From Candidatus Nomurabacteria bacterium (GTDB lineage Bacteria; Patescibacteriota; Minisyncoccia; Phycocordibacterales; SBAW01): 64,000 bases of DNA. The stretch spans positions 5,167 through 69,166 of the forward strand of contig CALQYT010000005.1 of NCBI GenBank assembly GCA_943348815.1, read 5' to 3'. The notes beneath the pieces were generated by a model that saw only the letters and a list, made by a program, of their open reading frames with translations, was not told where the DNA came from and did no database searches. Positions 45,168 through 54,969 of this stretch are shown here, one piece after another. The translations under genes were made by a program, and so were the position numbers. The number at the start of each line of letters is the position of its first letter. The stretch's first letter is position 1.

Positions 45168-47246
45168 TTGAGGACAATTATGCTTCCACAGGTACTACGA
45201 CAGCTCCTTAAACGCTCTTTTGTCGTGCGCCTCCTCCTTGCCACTATTGGCTACGGCGTAGTAGTTACGGGCAGTTTGTATTTGGTCCCCGCGGGCGGAT
45301 CGGGCGCTTCACTCGTGTGGCCGCCGGCTGCAGCGGGTGTGGCACTGCTCTTTTTTGGGGGTCTTGAATTGTGGCCCGCGATAGCAATCGCTTTTTTTGT
45401 AACCCTTTTTGCCCACGACATCAGCCCGCCACTTACCGCTATTACCGCAATCGCTAACGTGCTCGAATCGGTGGTGGGCGCCTACCTCCTGCGCAACTAC
45501 GTTGGCTTTAGCCCGCATATTGGCCGCCTGCGCGATGCGTTGGGTTTGATCTTAAGCTCATTTGTTTCGACGCTTATTTCTGCATCCGTCATAACGATTG
45601 GCGTCGGACTCATCAACCACAACGGGGTTCTTAACGGCGACTTGTGGGTCGGGATCTGGATAGGACACCTGGTCAGTTTAATTTCGATGGCGCCGTTTGT
45701 GTTGCGCTGGGGACACCGACCCTTTTTCCACAAAACGCGGAACGAGGTTTTGGAGGGTCTGGCAATTTTCGGCAGTATCACCGTACTTACCTTTTTTCTT
45801 TTTTGGACGCCGTACGGCTCGATAGGTATCATATCGCTCCTCTACATCCTCATCATCCCGCTTATTTGGGCTGCGTTGCGCGCGGGGCCGCGCGGCATGT
45901 CGCTCGCACTGTTTATTATCGCGCTCGGAGGTGCAGCGGGAATCTTGTTTGGCTTTGGACCTATTACCCACAGCGCTAACTTGCCACAAGCACTGTTTGG
46001 CGTGCAGATGATTATTGGCACGCTCGCGTTTATCTTTTTGCCCTTTACTTCTATTACCGAGGAGCGCAAAGAAGCGGTTACGAAGCTAGAGCGTCACGTC
46101 GGCGAGCTTGAGGTGGCACTGCAAAAAATTAGTTCTGAGGACCAGGCTAAGTCGGACTTTATCGCCATACTGGCGCACGAGCTGCGCAACCCACTCTCAC
46201 CTATCCTCTCGGGTCTTGAACTTTTGAAATCAAAACAACACGGGCCCCCGGACGTCCTGCACATGATGGGCGCACACCTGCACACCGTGGCGCGATTGTT
46301 GGACGACTTGTTGGACATGTCGCGGATTTCGCAAAAGCGGCTCAAGTTGCAACGCGAGCCGGTGGAGATCCATGCGGTGATGGCGCAAACCGTCGAAATG
46401 GTTAAACCCTACCTCGACTCGCGCGAACACCATTTGCAAGTGGAGCTGCCGCAAAAAGAAGTCTGGGTTGACGGAGACCCGGTCCGGTTGTCTCAAATTT
46501 TTGTAAATCTCCTCAACAACGCGGCAAAGTACACCGACCCCGGCGGCACTATCGTACTCTCTGTTACCGAACAGCATGGCGAAGTGGTGGTACGCGTACG
46601 TGATACCGGCATCGGGATAGAAGCGGAGCGCCTGAACAAAATTTTTGAGCCGTTTGGTGCTAGCGAAAAGACCGAACGACGGCCTGGAGGTTTGCACATC
46701 GGGCTTTCGCTCGCTAAACGTATTGCCGAAATGCACAGCGGCAGTATTGCGGTGTACAGCAAAGGGCCGGGACAGGGCACGGAGTTTGTGGTGCGCTTGC
46801 CTATCCCACAAGAGCGCGTGCTCCCCTTTGAGGGCACGCTTAAACGCATCCGCGGCCGCTTTAGCAAAAATTCTATTGCGCCGCGCGGCGGGCTTACGGT
46901 GCTGGTGGTTGATGACAACGAACCGGCGGCCCAGGGTCTGGCGCTCTTGCTAAAAAATAACGGCCATACGGTGACGGTGGCCTACACGGGCGCACAAGCA
47001 ATACGCAGCGCCATGGACACGCAGCCGCAGGTGGCGCTGCTCGACATTGGGCTCCCCGACATGGACGGTCACGACCTTGCCACCAAACTCCGTGAGCGTT
47101 TTGGCGACAAGCTCGCGCTCGTAGCATTGACCGGCTACGGACAAGAACAAGATCGCCAAAAAGCCCTCCGCGTTGGTTTTGCCGAGCATTTGATCAAACC
47201 GGTTTCAATTGTTGATGTCGAACGCGTCTTGCAGGAACTCTTTTAG
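45168..47246 (+). CDS. Hybrid sensor histidine kinase (MASE1-like membrane sensor - HisKA - HATPase - REC)
   Basis: 8 TM N-terminal domain. H-box ILAHELRNPLSPI. G-boxes DTGIGIEAERLNKIFEPF and GGLHIGLSLAKRIAEMH. Receiver domain with LVVDDNEP...DIGLPDMDG. Confidence 0.85.
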   Translation: MRTIMLPQVLRQLLKRSFVVRLLLATIGYGVVVTGSLYLVPAGGSGASLVWPPAAAGVALLFFGGLELWPAIAIAFFVTLFAHDISPPLTAITAIANVLESVVGAYLLRNYVGFSPHIGRLRDALGLILSSFVSTLISASVITIGVGLINHNGVLNGDLWVGIWIGHLVSLISMAPFVLRWGHRPFFHKTRNEVLEGLAIFGSITVLTFFLFWTPYGSIGIISLLYILIIPLIWAALRAGPRGMSLALFIIALGGAAGILFGFGPITHSANLPQALFGVQMIIGTLAFIFLPFTSITEERKEAVTKLERHVGELEVALQKISSEDQAKSDFIAILAHELRNPLSPILSGLELLKSKQHGPPDVLHMMGAHLHTVARLLDDLLDMSRISQKRLKLQREPVEIHAVMAQTVEMVKPYLDSREHHLQVELPQKEVWVDGDPVRLSQIFVNLLNNAAKYTDPGGTIVLSVTEQHGEVVVRVRDTGIGIEAERLNKIFEPFGASEKTERRPGGLHIGLSLAKRIAEMHSGSIAVYSKGPGQGTEFVVRLPIPQERVLPFEGTLKRIRGRFSKNSIAPRGGLTVLVVDDNEPAAQGLALLLKNNGHTVTVAYTGAQAIRSAMDTQPQVALLDIGLPDMDGHDLATKLRERFGDKLALVALTGYGQEQDRQKALRVGFAEHLIKPVSIVDVERVLQELF

Positions 47247-47265
47247 CTGAAACTTTGCAGGTTTC

Positions 47266-47995
47266 TTTGCAGGTTTAACCTGCATTTTGTGTTGTAAAAT
47301 AAAATCACTATGGCTACTCGAGCACCATTGCAGATCGGCGAATGGTACCACTGTTTCAATCGCGGTGTGGACAAACGATCTATTTTTGAGGACTCGCGAG
47401 ATTACGAACGATTCTTAGTACATCTCTACGTCAGTAATGGTACTCGAAATATTCGCATCTCGAGTCTGCCAAACACTCGGCTGAAAGAGGTAGTAGCAAA
47501 CCAAAAGATAGACCGCGGAGAATCGTTAGTTGAAATCGGAGCATATGCCCTTATGCCTTCTCATCCCCACCTGCTTATGCGCCAAGTACGAGAAAACGGT
47601 ATCGCTCTGTTCATGCAAAAAGTATTTACTGGTTACACCATGTATTTTAATAACAAGTATACGCGTACCGGAAGTCTTTTTGCCGGCACTTTTAAATCAA
47701 AACATATTCTCGATGATCTATATCTTAAAAGGGTCCTACCTTATGTATTACTTAACCCGGTTGAACTATTCGAGCCACGTTGGAAGAATGGTGTTGGATT
47801 CTTACCCCGTATCGCTAAGAAACTAGAAGATTATCCTTACACTAATCTTTCAAATTTTCTCCAAAAGGGTAACCCCCACGAAAAGATAGCTACTACGGAT
47901 TGGTCTGCTTATTACGAAAAAATACCAACTCTAAAAGAAATGCTCCAAGAGGCTCAAGCGTATTATGCCGAACGTAACCTTGCAGGTTAAACCTG
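47266..47995 (+). mobile_element. RAYT unit: REP-associated tyrosine transposase flanked by TGCAGG-TT(T)AA-CCTGCA hairpins
   Basis: Hairpin at 47278-47294 upstream and 47981-47995 overlapping the stop codon. A related hairpin lies at 59415-59431. Confidence 0.6.
47310..47990 (+). CDS. REP-associated tyrosine transposase (IS200/IS605-like HUH Y1 transposase, RAYT)
   Basis: WYHCFNRGVDKRSIFEDSRDYERFLVHLY and the HUH motif in AYALMPSHPHLLMRQ. Tyr-containing C-terminal region (YTMYFNNKYTRTGSLF). Confidence 0.7.
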   Translation: MATRAPLQIGEWYHCFNRGVDKRSIFEDSRDYERFLVHLYVSNGTRNIRISSLPNTRLKEVVANQKIDRGESLVEIGAYALMPSHPHLLMRQVRENGIALFMQKVFTGYTMYFNNKYTRTGSLFAGTFKSKHILDDLYLKRVLPYVLLNPVELFEPRWKNGVGFLPRIAKKLEDYPYTNLSNFLQKGNPHEKIATTDWSAYYEKIPTLKEMLQEAQAYYAERNLAG

Positions 47996-48036
47996 TATAG
48001 TTTGTTTTAAAATAAGGTCTTTTTGAATTAAATTTT

Positions 48037-48639
48037 TTAGCTTGCTAGTGTGGCGTATACCACCAAGCGATGGTCGTAGGTTTTAGCGCCCTGCACCCAC
48101 GCGCCGTCGCAGGTTACTAAGTTAAGCCGCGCCTGATCGGCCCGCGAAAATAATTTTTGGAGCGGAACTTCTTGATACGGATACAGCGCCACTTCTTGCA
48201 CCACAAAGCGGCGCGTTGCCCCGCCCGCAGTGTCAACAAATAATTCGTCGCCTTTTTTAATTTGATTCAATTGTTTAAATACCCCCGGCAGCGCTAACCC
48301 ATTGTCGACATGGCCATCCATCACCGCGCTCCCCACAAAGCCGGGCACGGTGCCCAAGCGATACCATCCGACATCGGTGTAGTTGGTTGGCACGGCCATG
48401 TTGCCGGTTTTGCCAACACCCACGTGCTGCACGTTGGTGTCGATGCCCAAACTTGGGATGCGCAAACGGCTCGGCAGATCTTGTGGCGAGGCATCCCCCA
48501 TGAGCGGTTGCGGCTGCACGGCCGCCTCCGGCTCTTGCGGAGCAACAACCGTTGCTTGCCAAAACGTCACGCTAAAAACACCCGCGCCAAGCAGGACCGC
48601 TGCCAGTGCCGCGAGCACTTTGATGGTTCGTGATTTCAT
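48037..48639 (-). CDS. Sortase-family transpeptidase
   Basis: N-terminal TM. Catalytic TLXTC-type motif NLVTCDG, with upstream His (MDGHVDNG) and downstream Arg. Confidence 0.7.
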   Translation of the reverse strand: MKSRTIKVLAALAAVLLGAGVFSVTFWQATVVAPQEPEAAVQPQPLMGDASPQDLPSRLRIPSLGIDTNVQHVGVGKTGNMAVPTNYTDVGWYRLGTVPGFVGSAVMDGHVDNGLALPGVFKQLNQIKKGDELFVDTAGGATRRFVVQEVALYPYQEVPLQKLFSRADQARLNLVTCDGAWVQGAKTYDHRLVVYATLAS

Positions 48640-48651
48640 CTTGAAGATTGG

Positions 48652-49119
48652 CTAGCCCAACACCTTAGTATGAAAGAAATTTCTGAAAACGAGATGAACA
48701 ATCCAGACGGCGGCCACCGCGAGCACGACACTCGCCATAATATCTACCGGCCAGTGAAGCCCGGCCATAATGCGCGCGACGCCTACGGCGAGGGTCAAAA
48801 CCCAAAGGGCTACACCCACGCGCCAGTCGACTAGCCACGCCACCGAAGCAAAGACGCCACCGAGCAAGGTGTGGTCAGAGGGGAATGAGTTGTCGACCTC
48901 GTGAGGAACCAGTGGCGTAAATCCTTCGACCGCAAAGGGTTGTTGGTGGCTAAAAAAAACTCCGGCCAAACGCGCGAGTACGTAGCCCAGTGCGAGCGAG
49001 ACAACGAGTACCGCATACAACTGCACACGCAAGCGGGGACGGCTCCATATCGCCACCACTGCCGCGAGCGCGATAATCGCTATTAAATATTTTGCCGCAA
49101 AAATTATGAGGATGTTCAT
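48652..49119 (-). CDS. PAP2-family phosphatase (undecaprenyl-diphosphatase-like)
   Basis: PSDH and ARIMAGLHWPVD PAP2 motifs. 4 TM segments. Confidence 0.65.
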   Translation of the reverse strand: MNILIIFAAKYLIAIIALAAVVAIWSRPRLRVQLYAVLVVSLALGYVLARLAGVFFSHQQPFAVEGFTPLVPHEVDNSFPSDHTLLGGVFASVAWLVDWRVGVALWVLTLAVGVARIMAGLHWPVDIMASVVLAVAAVWIVHLVFRNFFHTKVLG

Positions 49120-49847
49120 GACTCTATTTTACTGGTAACTTCTCTCACGTCGCGATAGTTTCTTGTATACGGGCGACCTAAAAAGTTGGTGCTTAAAAAG
49201 TTGAGTGCGTAGATCCATCCCATATACAAAAATCCTTCTTGCTGCAAACGGCGGCCCGAGGTGTAGGCATACAAACTCCAAGTCCATTTCACCCTCCCCC
49301 ATTTTGCGATACGCCGCGCCACGTCGGTATCCTCGCCATAAAACGAAATACTCGTATCAAAACCGCCGGCCTTTTCCCACGCATCACGCTTAATCACAAA
49401 ATTTCCTCCTTGCAGCATGCGACCAAACGCCCAACCGGGGAAATAAAAAACTTTTACCAGCGCGCGTTGCCACAAGGGCAAGTCGTAATAAATATACGGG
49501 CCAGAGAGTGCCACGAGATTTTTGTCCTTTTCAAACTCGGCAATTACTTTTTTGAGCCAACCTTGCGGCAAGCGCGTGTCTGCATCGACATTAGCGACCA
49601 ATTCACCTTTAGTGGCAACAAACCCTGCACGTCGAGCATAAACTAATCCTTTCAATTTCTCTTCCACCACGGTGACGCCCGGGAATTTGAGCGCCTCCTC
49701 GCGGGTGTGGTCGGTCGAAGCGTTGTTTACTACCACCACCTCAACCTCAAGACCGGGGTTGCGTTTGATCTCCTCAAATACTGCCTCGAGACACTTCCCT
49801 ATCCCTTTTTCCTCGTTGTAGGCGGGTATAACAAAACTAAGCTTCAT
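49116..49847 (-). CDS. GT2-family glycosyltransferase (polyprenyl-phosphate sugar synthase-like)
   Basis: MKLFSVIPAYNEEKGIGKCLEAV and the DAD motif (VDADT). Confidence 0.75.
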   Translation of the reverse strand: MKLSFVIPAYNEEKGIGKCLEAVFEEIKRNPGLEVEVVVVNNASTDHTREEALKFPGVTVVEEKLKGLVYARRAGFVATKGELVANVDADTRLPQGWLKKVIAEFEKDKNLVALSGPYIYYDLPLWQRALVKVFYFPGWAFGRMLQGGNFVIKRDAWEKAGGFDTSISFYGEDTDVARRIAKWGRVKWTWSLYAYTSGRRLQQEGFLYMGWIYALNFLSTNFLGRPYTRNYRDVREVTSKIES

Positions 49848-49936
49848 TGAAACTAGCCTATCATAATTTGCTAATTTAAATTTTTAAATTAAAACCGGCC
49901 GCCTCCTCCTGAGAGAAAGCGGCCGGGTCGAACTTG

Positions 49937-50587
49937 TTAGCCAATTCGCCACCAGGTGGCGGTGCCGAAGATCAGCGCAACGGCGATCACCGCGCCCCAG
50001 GGACCAGCGTCCCAAAGCGGATAGGGCGGGAAGTCGGCCGATGGATTCATCTTTTCCAGCATGTGGTTGCCGGCGAAGACGTGCGCCGTCATGTACCACG
50101 CAGTAAACAGCAGCAGCGCAGGGTTCGGGTTTTCCGTGGCGATGTAAGTGAGAATCAGGATCGTTATCGCCGCGGTAAACAGGACGAAGTGCGTCTTGCC
50201 GGCGGCGTTCAGTCCGCCGTCGGTGATCATGTAGTCCGGGTACGGCACCAACGTGTAGAGATAGTGCATACCCGCACTTATCAGGATTGCGATGATCAAG
50301 GCGAAGCCAACCGCATAGACCTTGGTCTGATAGCCGAAGGCCCGCAGTTCGATCATCTTGTCCATGGTCCACTCCTCAGCGTGGAGCGCGACCAGAGTTG
50401 CCATCAGCGGGATCAGTCCAAACAGTACCATCCAGGTGCTACCGTGCCGGAAGAAGGTGATGCCTTGCTCGATCCCAGCCGCTTTCATTTGCGCGGGATA
50501 AAGCATGTTGCCGATCCAGGCCAGGAATGCTTGCAGCAGCCAGAGTGCGACTCCAACCCCTGCCGTCCAGAACCAAAGACGCACCAT
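49937..50587 (-). CDS. Hypothetical polytopic membrane protein (216 aa), GC3-rich cassette
   Basis: About 6 TM segments. Terminator CCGGCCGC...GCGGCCGG-TTTTAATTTAAA downstream on the minus strand (49884-49930). Confidence 0.4.
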   Translation of the reverse strand: MVRLWFWTAGVGVALWLLQAFLAWIGNMLYPAQMKAAGIEQGITFFRHGSTWMVLFGLIPLMATLVALHAEEWTMDKMIELRAFGYQTKVYAVGFALIIAILISAGMHYLYTLVPYPDYMITDGGLNAAGKTHFVLFTAAITILILTYIATENPNPALLLFTAWYMTAHVFAGNHMLEKMNPSADFPPYPLWDAGPWGAVIAVALIFGTATWWRIG

Positions 50588-50716
50588 GTGCGCCCCCTTT
50601 CTTTGCTTGTGTTAAACCAAAAACTCAACGTTCAGTTCGCGAGCACAATACCACATTGGTTATAAAAATCAATAGTTAAATTAAAAATGGCCGGGTGCTT
50701 ACGCAACTCGGCCAGA

Positions 50717-51019
50717 TTACCCTTTGATTGCGACCCGAAGGAAAGCCCCCACCAATGCGCCGAAACACAGTAAAGCGATGGCGACCAAAATCCGAATGGC
50801 TTCCAAAGTATTGCGTCCTCCGTGACTCTTGATCCACTCGAGCGTGGAGGGGTCGAACTGGTCGACAACAGAAGCTGGAAACGCTTGTAGCCACGGGAAG
50901 AGGAGCGCTAGCACCACATAGACCGTGCAGACCAAAAGCACCAGCCCGAACCTCCAGAACAGGCCCGTAAGCAGGCCTGCAATTACGATCACCAACAAGG
51001 ATGCTTGCAGCGTCGACAT
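50717..51019 (-). CDS. Hypothetical small membrane protein (100 aa), GC3-rich cassette
   Basis: GAGGA RBS. 3 TM segments. Terminator GGCCG...CGGCC-ATTTTTAATTTAAC (50650-50700, minus strand). Confidence 0.4.
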   Translation of the reverse strand: MSTLQASLLVIVIAGLLTGLFWRFGLVLLVCTVYVVLALLFPWLQAFPASVVDQFDPSTLEWIKSHGGRNTLEAIRILVAIALLCFGALVGAFLRVAIKG

Positions 51020-51098
51020 GATGTCCTCGAAATCGGTTAGAGGGATACGCAGGAACGAATCACCCCAAAAATATCACGAGGTATACTTATTTCCAACC

Positions 51099-52280
51099 AT
51101 GAAGATCGCGTTTTATTCGGACAACTTTTACCCCGAACTATCGGGGATCACCGACACCATTGTCACGACCGGCAAAGAATTAAAAAAACGCGGGCACGAG
51201 ATTGTGTACGTCGGCCCCTACTACGCGCCCGCCGACTACGCCAAAGCCAACCGGCAGTATCCCGAGCGGCCCGAGGACGACCAGATTGAAGGCATGCCGA
51301 TTGTGCGGCTGCGCTCTATCCCCCTGCGCCCCTCGCCCACCGGCCAATCGCGCTTTGCTATCCCCTCCGGCCGTACGCTCGAGTACATGCGCACCTTTAA
51401 GCCCGATATCATCCACACCCAGAGCCCCTACTCGCTTGGGTGGGAGGCGCGCAAAGTGGCAGTGGGTTTGGGCGTGCCGCTCGTGGGCACTAACCACACG
51501 GCTATTGAAGATTTTTTTCCGCCCTTTACGCGCGCACTGATGCGCCGGTGGGACGCGCGCTACTACAACTCGTGCGATTTTGTGTCGGCACCGTATGAGC
51601 GACTGCTAGGGCGCATGCGCGAGGTTGGATTTAAAAAGCCTGGCCACGCCGTCCCCAACCCCGCCGACCTGCATGAGTTTTTGCCCGCGACTGCCGAAGA
51701 AAAAATTGCGGATCGTGAAGCGTTTGGCTTGCAAGGACCGGTGATTTTGTATGCGGGCCGGCTCGGCGTCGAAAAGCGTGTCGATGTGATGGTGCGCGCA
51801 ATGCCGATACTGCTTAAAGAATTCCCCACGCTCACGTTGGTGGCAACGGGGCACGGCGCCGCGCGCACCGGTTTGGACAAGCTGGTCCAAAAACTTGGCG
51901 TGGCCAAGCAGGTGCGCTTTACCGGCTTTCTCTCGCGCGCGGCGCTCACCCACGCCTACAAAACCGCCGACCTTTTTGGTATGACCTCAACCTCCGACAG
52001 CCAATCGTTGGCGCTCATGCAAGGCTATGCCTCTGGGTTGCCGGCGGTGTGCGCCGCTGCACGCGGCTTGCCCGACTACGTGCCCGCCGATTGCGGCTTT
52101 TTAATCGAACCTAACAACCCCGCCGACTTTGCCGCCAAAGCCGCGCAACTCCTGCGCGACGAACCGCTGCGCGCCCGCATGGGCGTAGCCGCGATCGACT
52201 ATTCTAAAAATTTCGCCCCCGAAAAAATTGCGCAGCAGTGGGAGGAGATCTACTCCGAGGCACTCAAAAAGACTCCCTAG
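51099..52280 (+). CDS. GT4-family (GT-B) glycosyltransferase
   Basis: Start MKIAFYSDNFYPELSGI (ATG 51099). C-terminal E-X7-E-like region (LALMQGYASGLPAV). Confidence 0.75.
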   Translation: MKIAFYSDNFYPELSGITDTIVTTGKELKKRGHEIVYVGPYYAPADYAKANRQYPERPEDDQIEGMPIVRLRSIPLRPSPTGQSRFAIPSGRTLEYMRTFKPDIIHTQSPYSLGWEARKVAVGLGVPLVGTNHTAIEDFFPPFTRALMRRWDARYYNSCDFVSAPYERLLGRMREVGFKKPGHAVPNPADLHEFLPATAEEKIADREAFGLQGPVILYAGRLGVEKRVDVMVRAMPILLKEFPTLTLVATGHGAARTGLDKLVQKLGVAKQVRFTGFLSRAALTHAYKTADLFGMTSTSDSQSLALMQGYASGLPAVCAAARGLPDYVPADCGFLIEPNNPADFAAKAAQLLRDEPLRARMGVAAIDYSKNFAPEKIAQQWEEIYSEALKKTP

Positions 52281-52337
52281 ACTTTTAGTCACTTATTTCG
52301 TACCCTCTTCTGATAACGTACACCAAGGGAGGGACCC

Positions 52338-52895
52338 ATGCAGCGAGCGATCTTAACGATCGGCCCGCAGTGTGCGGGCAAATCAACCTTCTGCGAAAAA
52401 GTCGTCGAAAAATATCCGAATGTGGTCATGGTGAGTAGAGATGCAATCTTACGCAGGCTTTTCGGCAGCGTATGGCGTAGCCCTTACTCCAATGACTTCT
52501 TTGTTGCTTGGCAGGAACTATGGAAAGAAGCTGCCGAATATCTAAAGAAGCCCGATACCACCTTAATCGTAGATGGTTACAACCCTTCGCTTAGTAAACG
52601 CCGCGAGATAGTAGCAAAATTGCGTGAGCTTGGGGCGCAGCGAGTCTACGGTTGGCACTTTGTAACACCTGTCGATCAGTGCTTAGCGTGGAGCTTCGTG
52701 AGAAACCCAGTAAAGAATCCGAAGGGCCATTGGGCGAAAATAGTGATCGAGACAAGAGAAGACAACTACCGATCCTATTGGAAGAGCTTCCACGCCGAGC
52801 CGCTCGGCGCACGACTATTCACGCGAGTACGTCGCATCAACGTCCTCAAACAAATGCCAGCGGATATTCTGGATTTTTCCTCAAAGAACAGCTGA
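52338..52895 (+). CDS. P-loop kinase-like protein (AAA_33 / polynucleotide-kinase-like fold)
   Basis: Walker A GPQCAGKST at residues 9-17, then VSRD and DGYN (Walker-B-like). AAGGGAGGG RBS. Terminator GAACAGCT...AGCTGTTC-TTTTTAATTTTTA. Confidence 0.5.
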   Translation: MQRAILTIGPQCAGKSTFCEKVVEKYPNVVMVSRDAILRRLFGSVWRSPYSNDFFVAWQELWKEAAEYLKKPDTTLIVDGYNPSLSKRREIVAKLRELGAQRVYGWHFVTPVDQCLAWSFVRNPVKNPKGHWAKIVIETREDNYRSYWKSFHAEPLGARLFTRVRRINVLKQMPADILDFSSKNS

Positions 52896-52912
52896 AGTGC
52901 TAGCTGTTCTTT

Positions 52913-53524
52913 TTAATTTTTACGCGCCTCCTTCTCCGCCTGAGCCAAGCGGCGGTTCATGTGACGGCGGAAGAAGTAGTAGCCGATTGCCAACACCGAC
53001 AATGCGGCAATAACGTACGGAATCTTTTCCAAAATCGCGGTGATCGTGCCGCCAAAGGTTTGCCCAAAAAAGTATCCTAGAAACAGCAGGACGCCGTAGT
53101 GCATCACCGCAACCGCAAGACCGTAAGTAAAGAACTTTTTAACATCCATCTTGACCAACCCCGCGACCACAATAAACCCGGCCGCAACGCCGTAGGAAAG
53201 TTTGCTAATAAACATCGTTTTGCCCGGGTAGGTTTGCCAAAGCGTGCGTACCTCGTCTAAATGTTCTTCGGTAACGCCCATGCGGTGAATAACTTTTACG
53301 ACCCAGCGGGTGTTTGCCCCAACGTAGCCCAAATAATAACAACTAAGATCGACGATCATGTCGCGCGCCAAAAAGAAGATAGCGAGCGCTCCGATATTAA
53401 AGTACCCCGCCGCTGCTAAAGTACCGGCAAAAAACGCAACAATCGGCCCCTCGACAAACGAGAGCGGTAAGAGTATTAAGTACCGGTACTCTATGATCGA
53501 GTGCAACAGCGGCGAGGTATCCAT
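52913..53524 (-). CDS. DedA/VTT-domain membrane protein
   Basis: 203 aa. LPLSFVEGPIVAFFAGTLAAAG is typical of the DedA family. Confidence 0.7.
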   Translation of the reverse strand: MDTSPLLHSIIEYRYLILLPLSFVEGPIVAFFAGTLAAAGYFNIGALAIFFLARDMIVDLSCYYLGYVGANTRWVVKVIHRMGVTEEHLDEVRTLWQTYPGKTMFISKLSYGVAAGFIVVAGLVKMDVKKFFTYGLAVAVMHYGVLLFLGYFFGQTFGGTITAILEKIPYVIAALSVLAIGYYFFRRHMNRRLAQAEKEARKN

Positions 53525-53544
53525 CGCCCTAGTATACTAAATGT

Positions 53545-54198
53545 ATGTGGCTGCTATTGATAGAACGCTACAGAGAATCGTGGTTTGACACGCACGTCCG
53601 TTTTTCTATTCCTCTCTCTTTTATTATTTTTTTGCTCGCGATTTTTGGCGTCCAGCCACTTGCTATCGAGTACACCAACGATGTCGCCACCAACCCCGTC
53701 GGAGACATCGTCCTTTCTAACATTCCGGTCTTCCAGGTCGGGTGGATTTTTGTCTACGGGATGTTTATCCTCGTCGCGTTTATTACGCTGCTCTGCCTGC
53801 TGCACCCCAAACGCATCGCCTTTACGCTCCACTCACTCACGCTGTTTGTGCTCATCCGTTCGCTGTTTGTATCACTCACCCACGTAGGCGCGTTTGGCAC
53901 GCAAGCGGTGTCACACTTTGGACCCGGGATTACGCAAATGTTTTTTGCGGCCGACCACTTTTTTTCGGGCCATGCGGGCGCGCCGTTTTTAATGGCACTC
54001 ATGTACTGGCACGTCAAACCCTTGCGCTACATCTTTTTGGCGTGGTCGGTATTCTTTAGCGTGTTGGTACTCCTCGGCCACCTCCACTACACCATCGACG
54101 TGCTCGCCGCCTTCTTTATCACCTACGGTATCTACCACCTGGCGCTGTGGCTATTCCCTAAAGAACGGGCTCTATTCCTGGAAGCTACCCCAAACTGA
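53545..54198 (+). CDS. PAP2-superfamily membrane protein (PAP2_C / SMS-like motif)
   Basis: FFSGHAGAPF ... GHLHYTIDVLAAFFI, the SGH...HYTxDV pattern. Confidence 0.6.
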   Translation: MWLLLIERYRESWFDTHVRFSIPLSFIIFLLAIFGVQPLAIEYTNDVATNPVGDIVLSNIPVFQVGWIFVYGMFILVAFITLLCLLHPKRIAFTLHSLTLFVLIRSLFVSLTHVGAFGTQAVSHFGPGITQMFFAADHFFSGHAGAPFLMALMYWHVKPLRYIFLAWSVFFSVLVLLGHLHYTIDVLAAFFITYGIYHLALWLFPKERALFLEATPN

Positions 54199-54279
54199 AG
54201 CTACCCTTCATTAAGACTTCAGACTATACTCTCCATACTCTGTAGGGTCGATTATTACGAGCATTAAGGCTTCAGATTT

Positions 54280-54969
54280 ATGCACATCCTTATTGTCGAA
54301 GACGAAGAGCGGCTCGCCAAAGCCCTAAAAAAAGGCCTCGAGCTCAAGGGGTACGCCGTTGATTGGCTCCCCGACCCCGAAAAGGCCCGAAGCCGTATTT
54401 TGCTCTACCGGAGCGAGTACGATCTTATTATTCTCGACCTCATGTTGCCGGGGTTAGACGGCGCACAAATTACCGAATCGGTACGCAAAGAGGGCGTCAC
54501 CACGCCGATTATTATTTTGACCGCGCGCAACGAGACCGAACACAAGGTTGATTTACTGAATAAAGGCGCCGACGACTACATCGTTAAACCGTTTTCGTTC
54601 GAAGAGTTGCTCAGCCGCATCTCTGCCGTGCTACGCCGCCCCAAACAGCAAAAACCGGTTGTGCTCAAAGTAGGTCCACTCGAGATGGACATGGCCACAC
54701 GCGTCGTACGCAAAGGCGGCGAAGAAATTCCGCTGACGCTCAAGGAGTTTGCGCTACTGGAGTGCTTTATGCGCCAGCCGGGCGAGGTATTGTCGCGCGA
54801 AAAGTTGTTTGACCACGTGTGGGACTTCAACTCGCTGTCTTGGAGCAACGTGCTCGACGTGCACATGAAAAACTTACGCAAAAAATTAGGCACCGATGAA
54901 AACGGCGACCAGCTATTTGAAACAATCCGCGGCGTGGGCTACCGCCTCGTGGGAGAAGTTCGCGAGTAA
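54280..54969 (+). CDS. OmpR-family response regulator
   Basis: MHILIVEDEERLAKALKKGLELKGY..DLIILDLMLPGLDG receiver domain plus winged-helix C-terminus (FETIRGVGYRL). Confidence 0.9.
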   Translation: MHILIVEDEERLAKALKKGLELKGYAVDWLPDPEKARSRILLYRSEYDLIILDLMLPGLDGAQITESVRKEGVTTPIIILTARNETEHKVDLLNKGADDYIVKPFSFEELLSRISAVLRRPKQQKPVVLKVGPLEMDMATRVVRKGGEEIPLTLKEFALLECFMRQPGEVLSREKLFDHVWDFNSLSWSNVLDVHMKNLRKKLGTDENGDQLFETIRGVGYRLVGEVRE

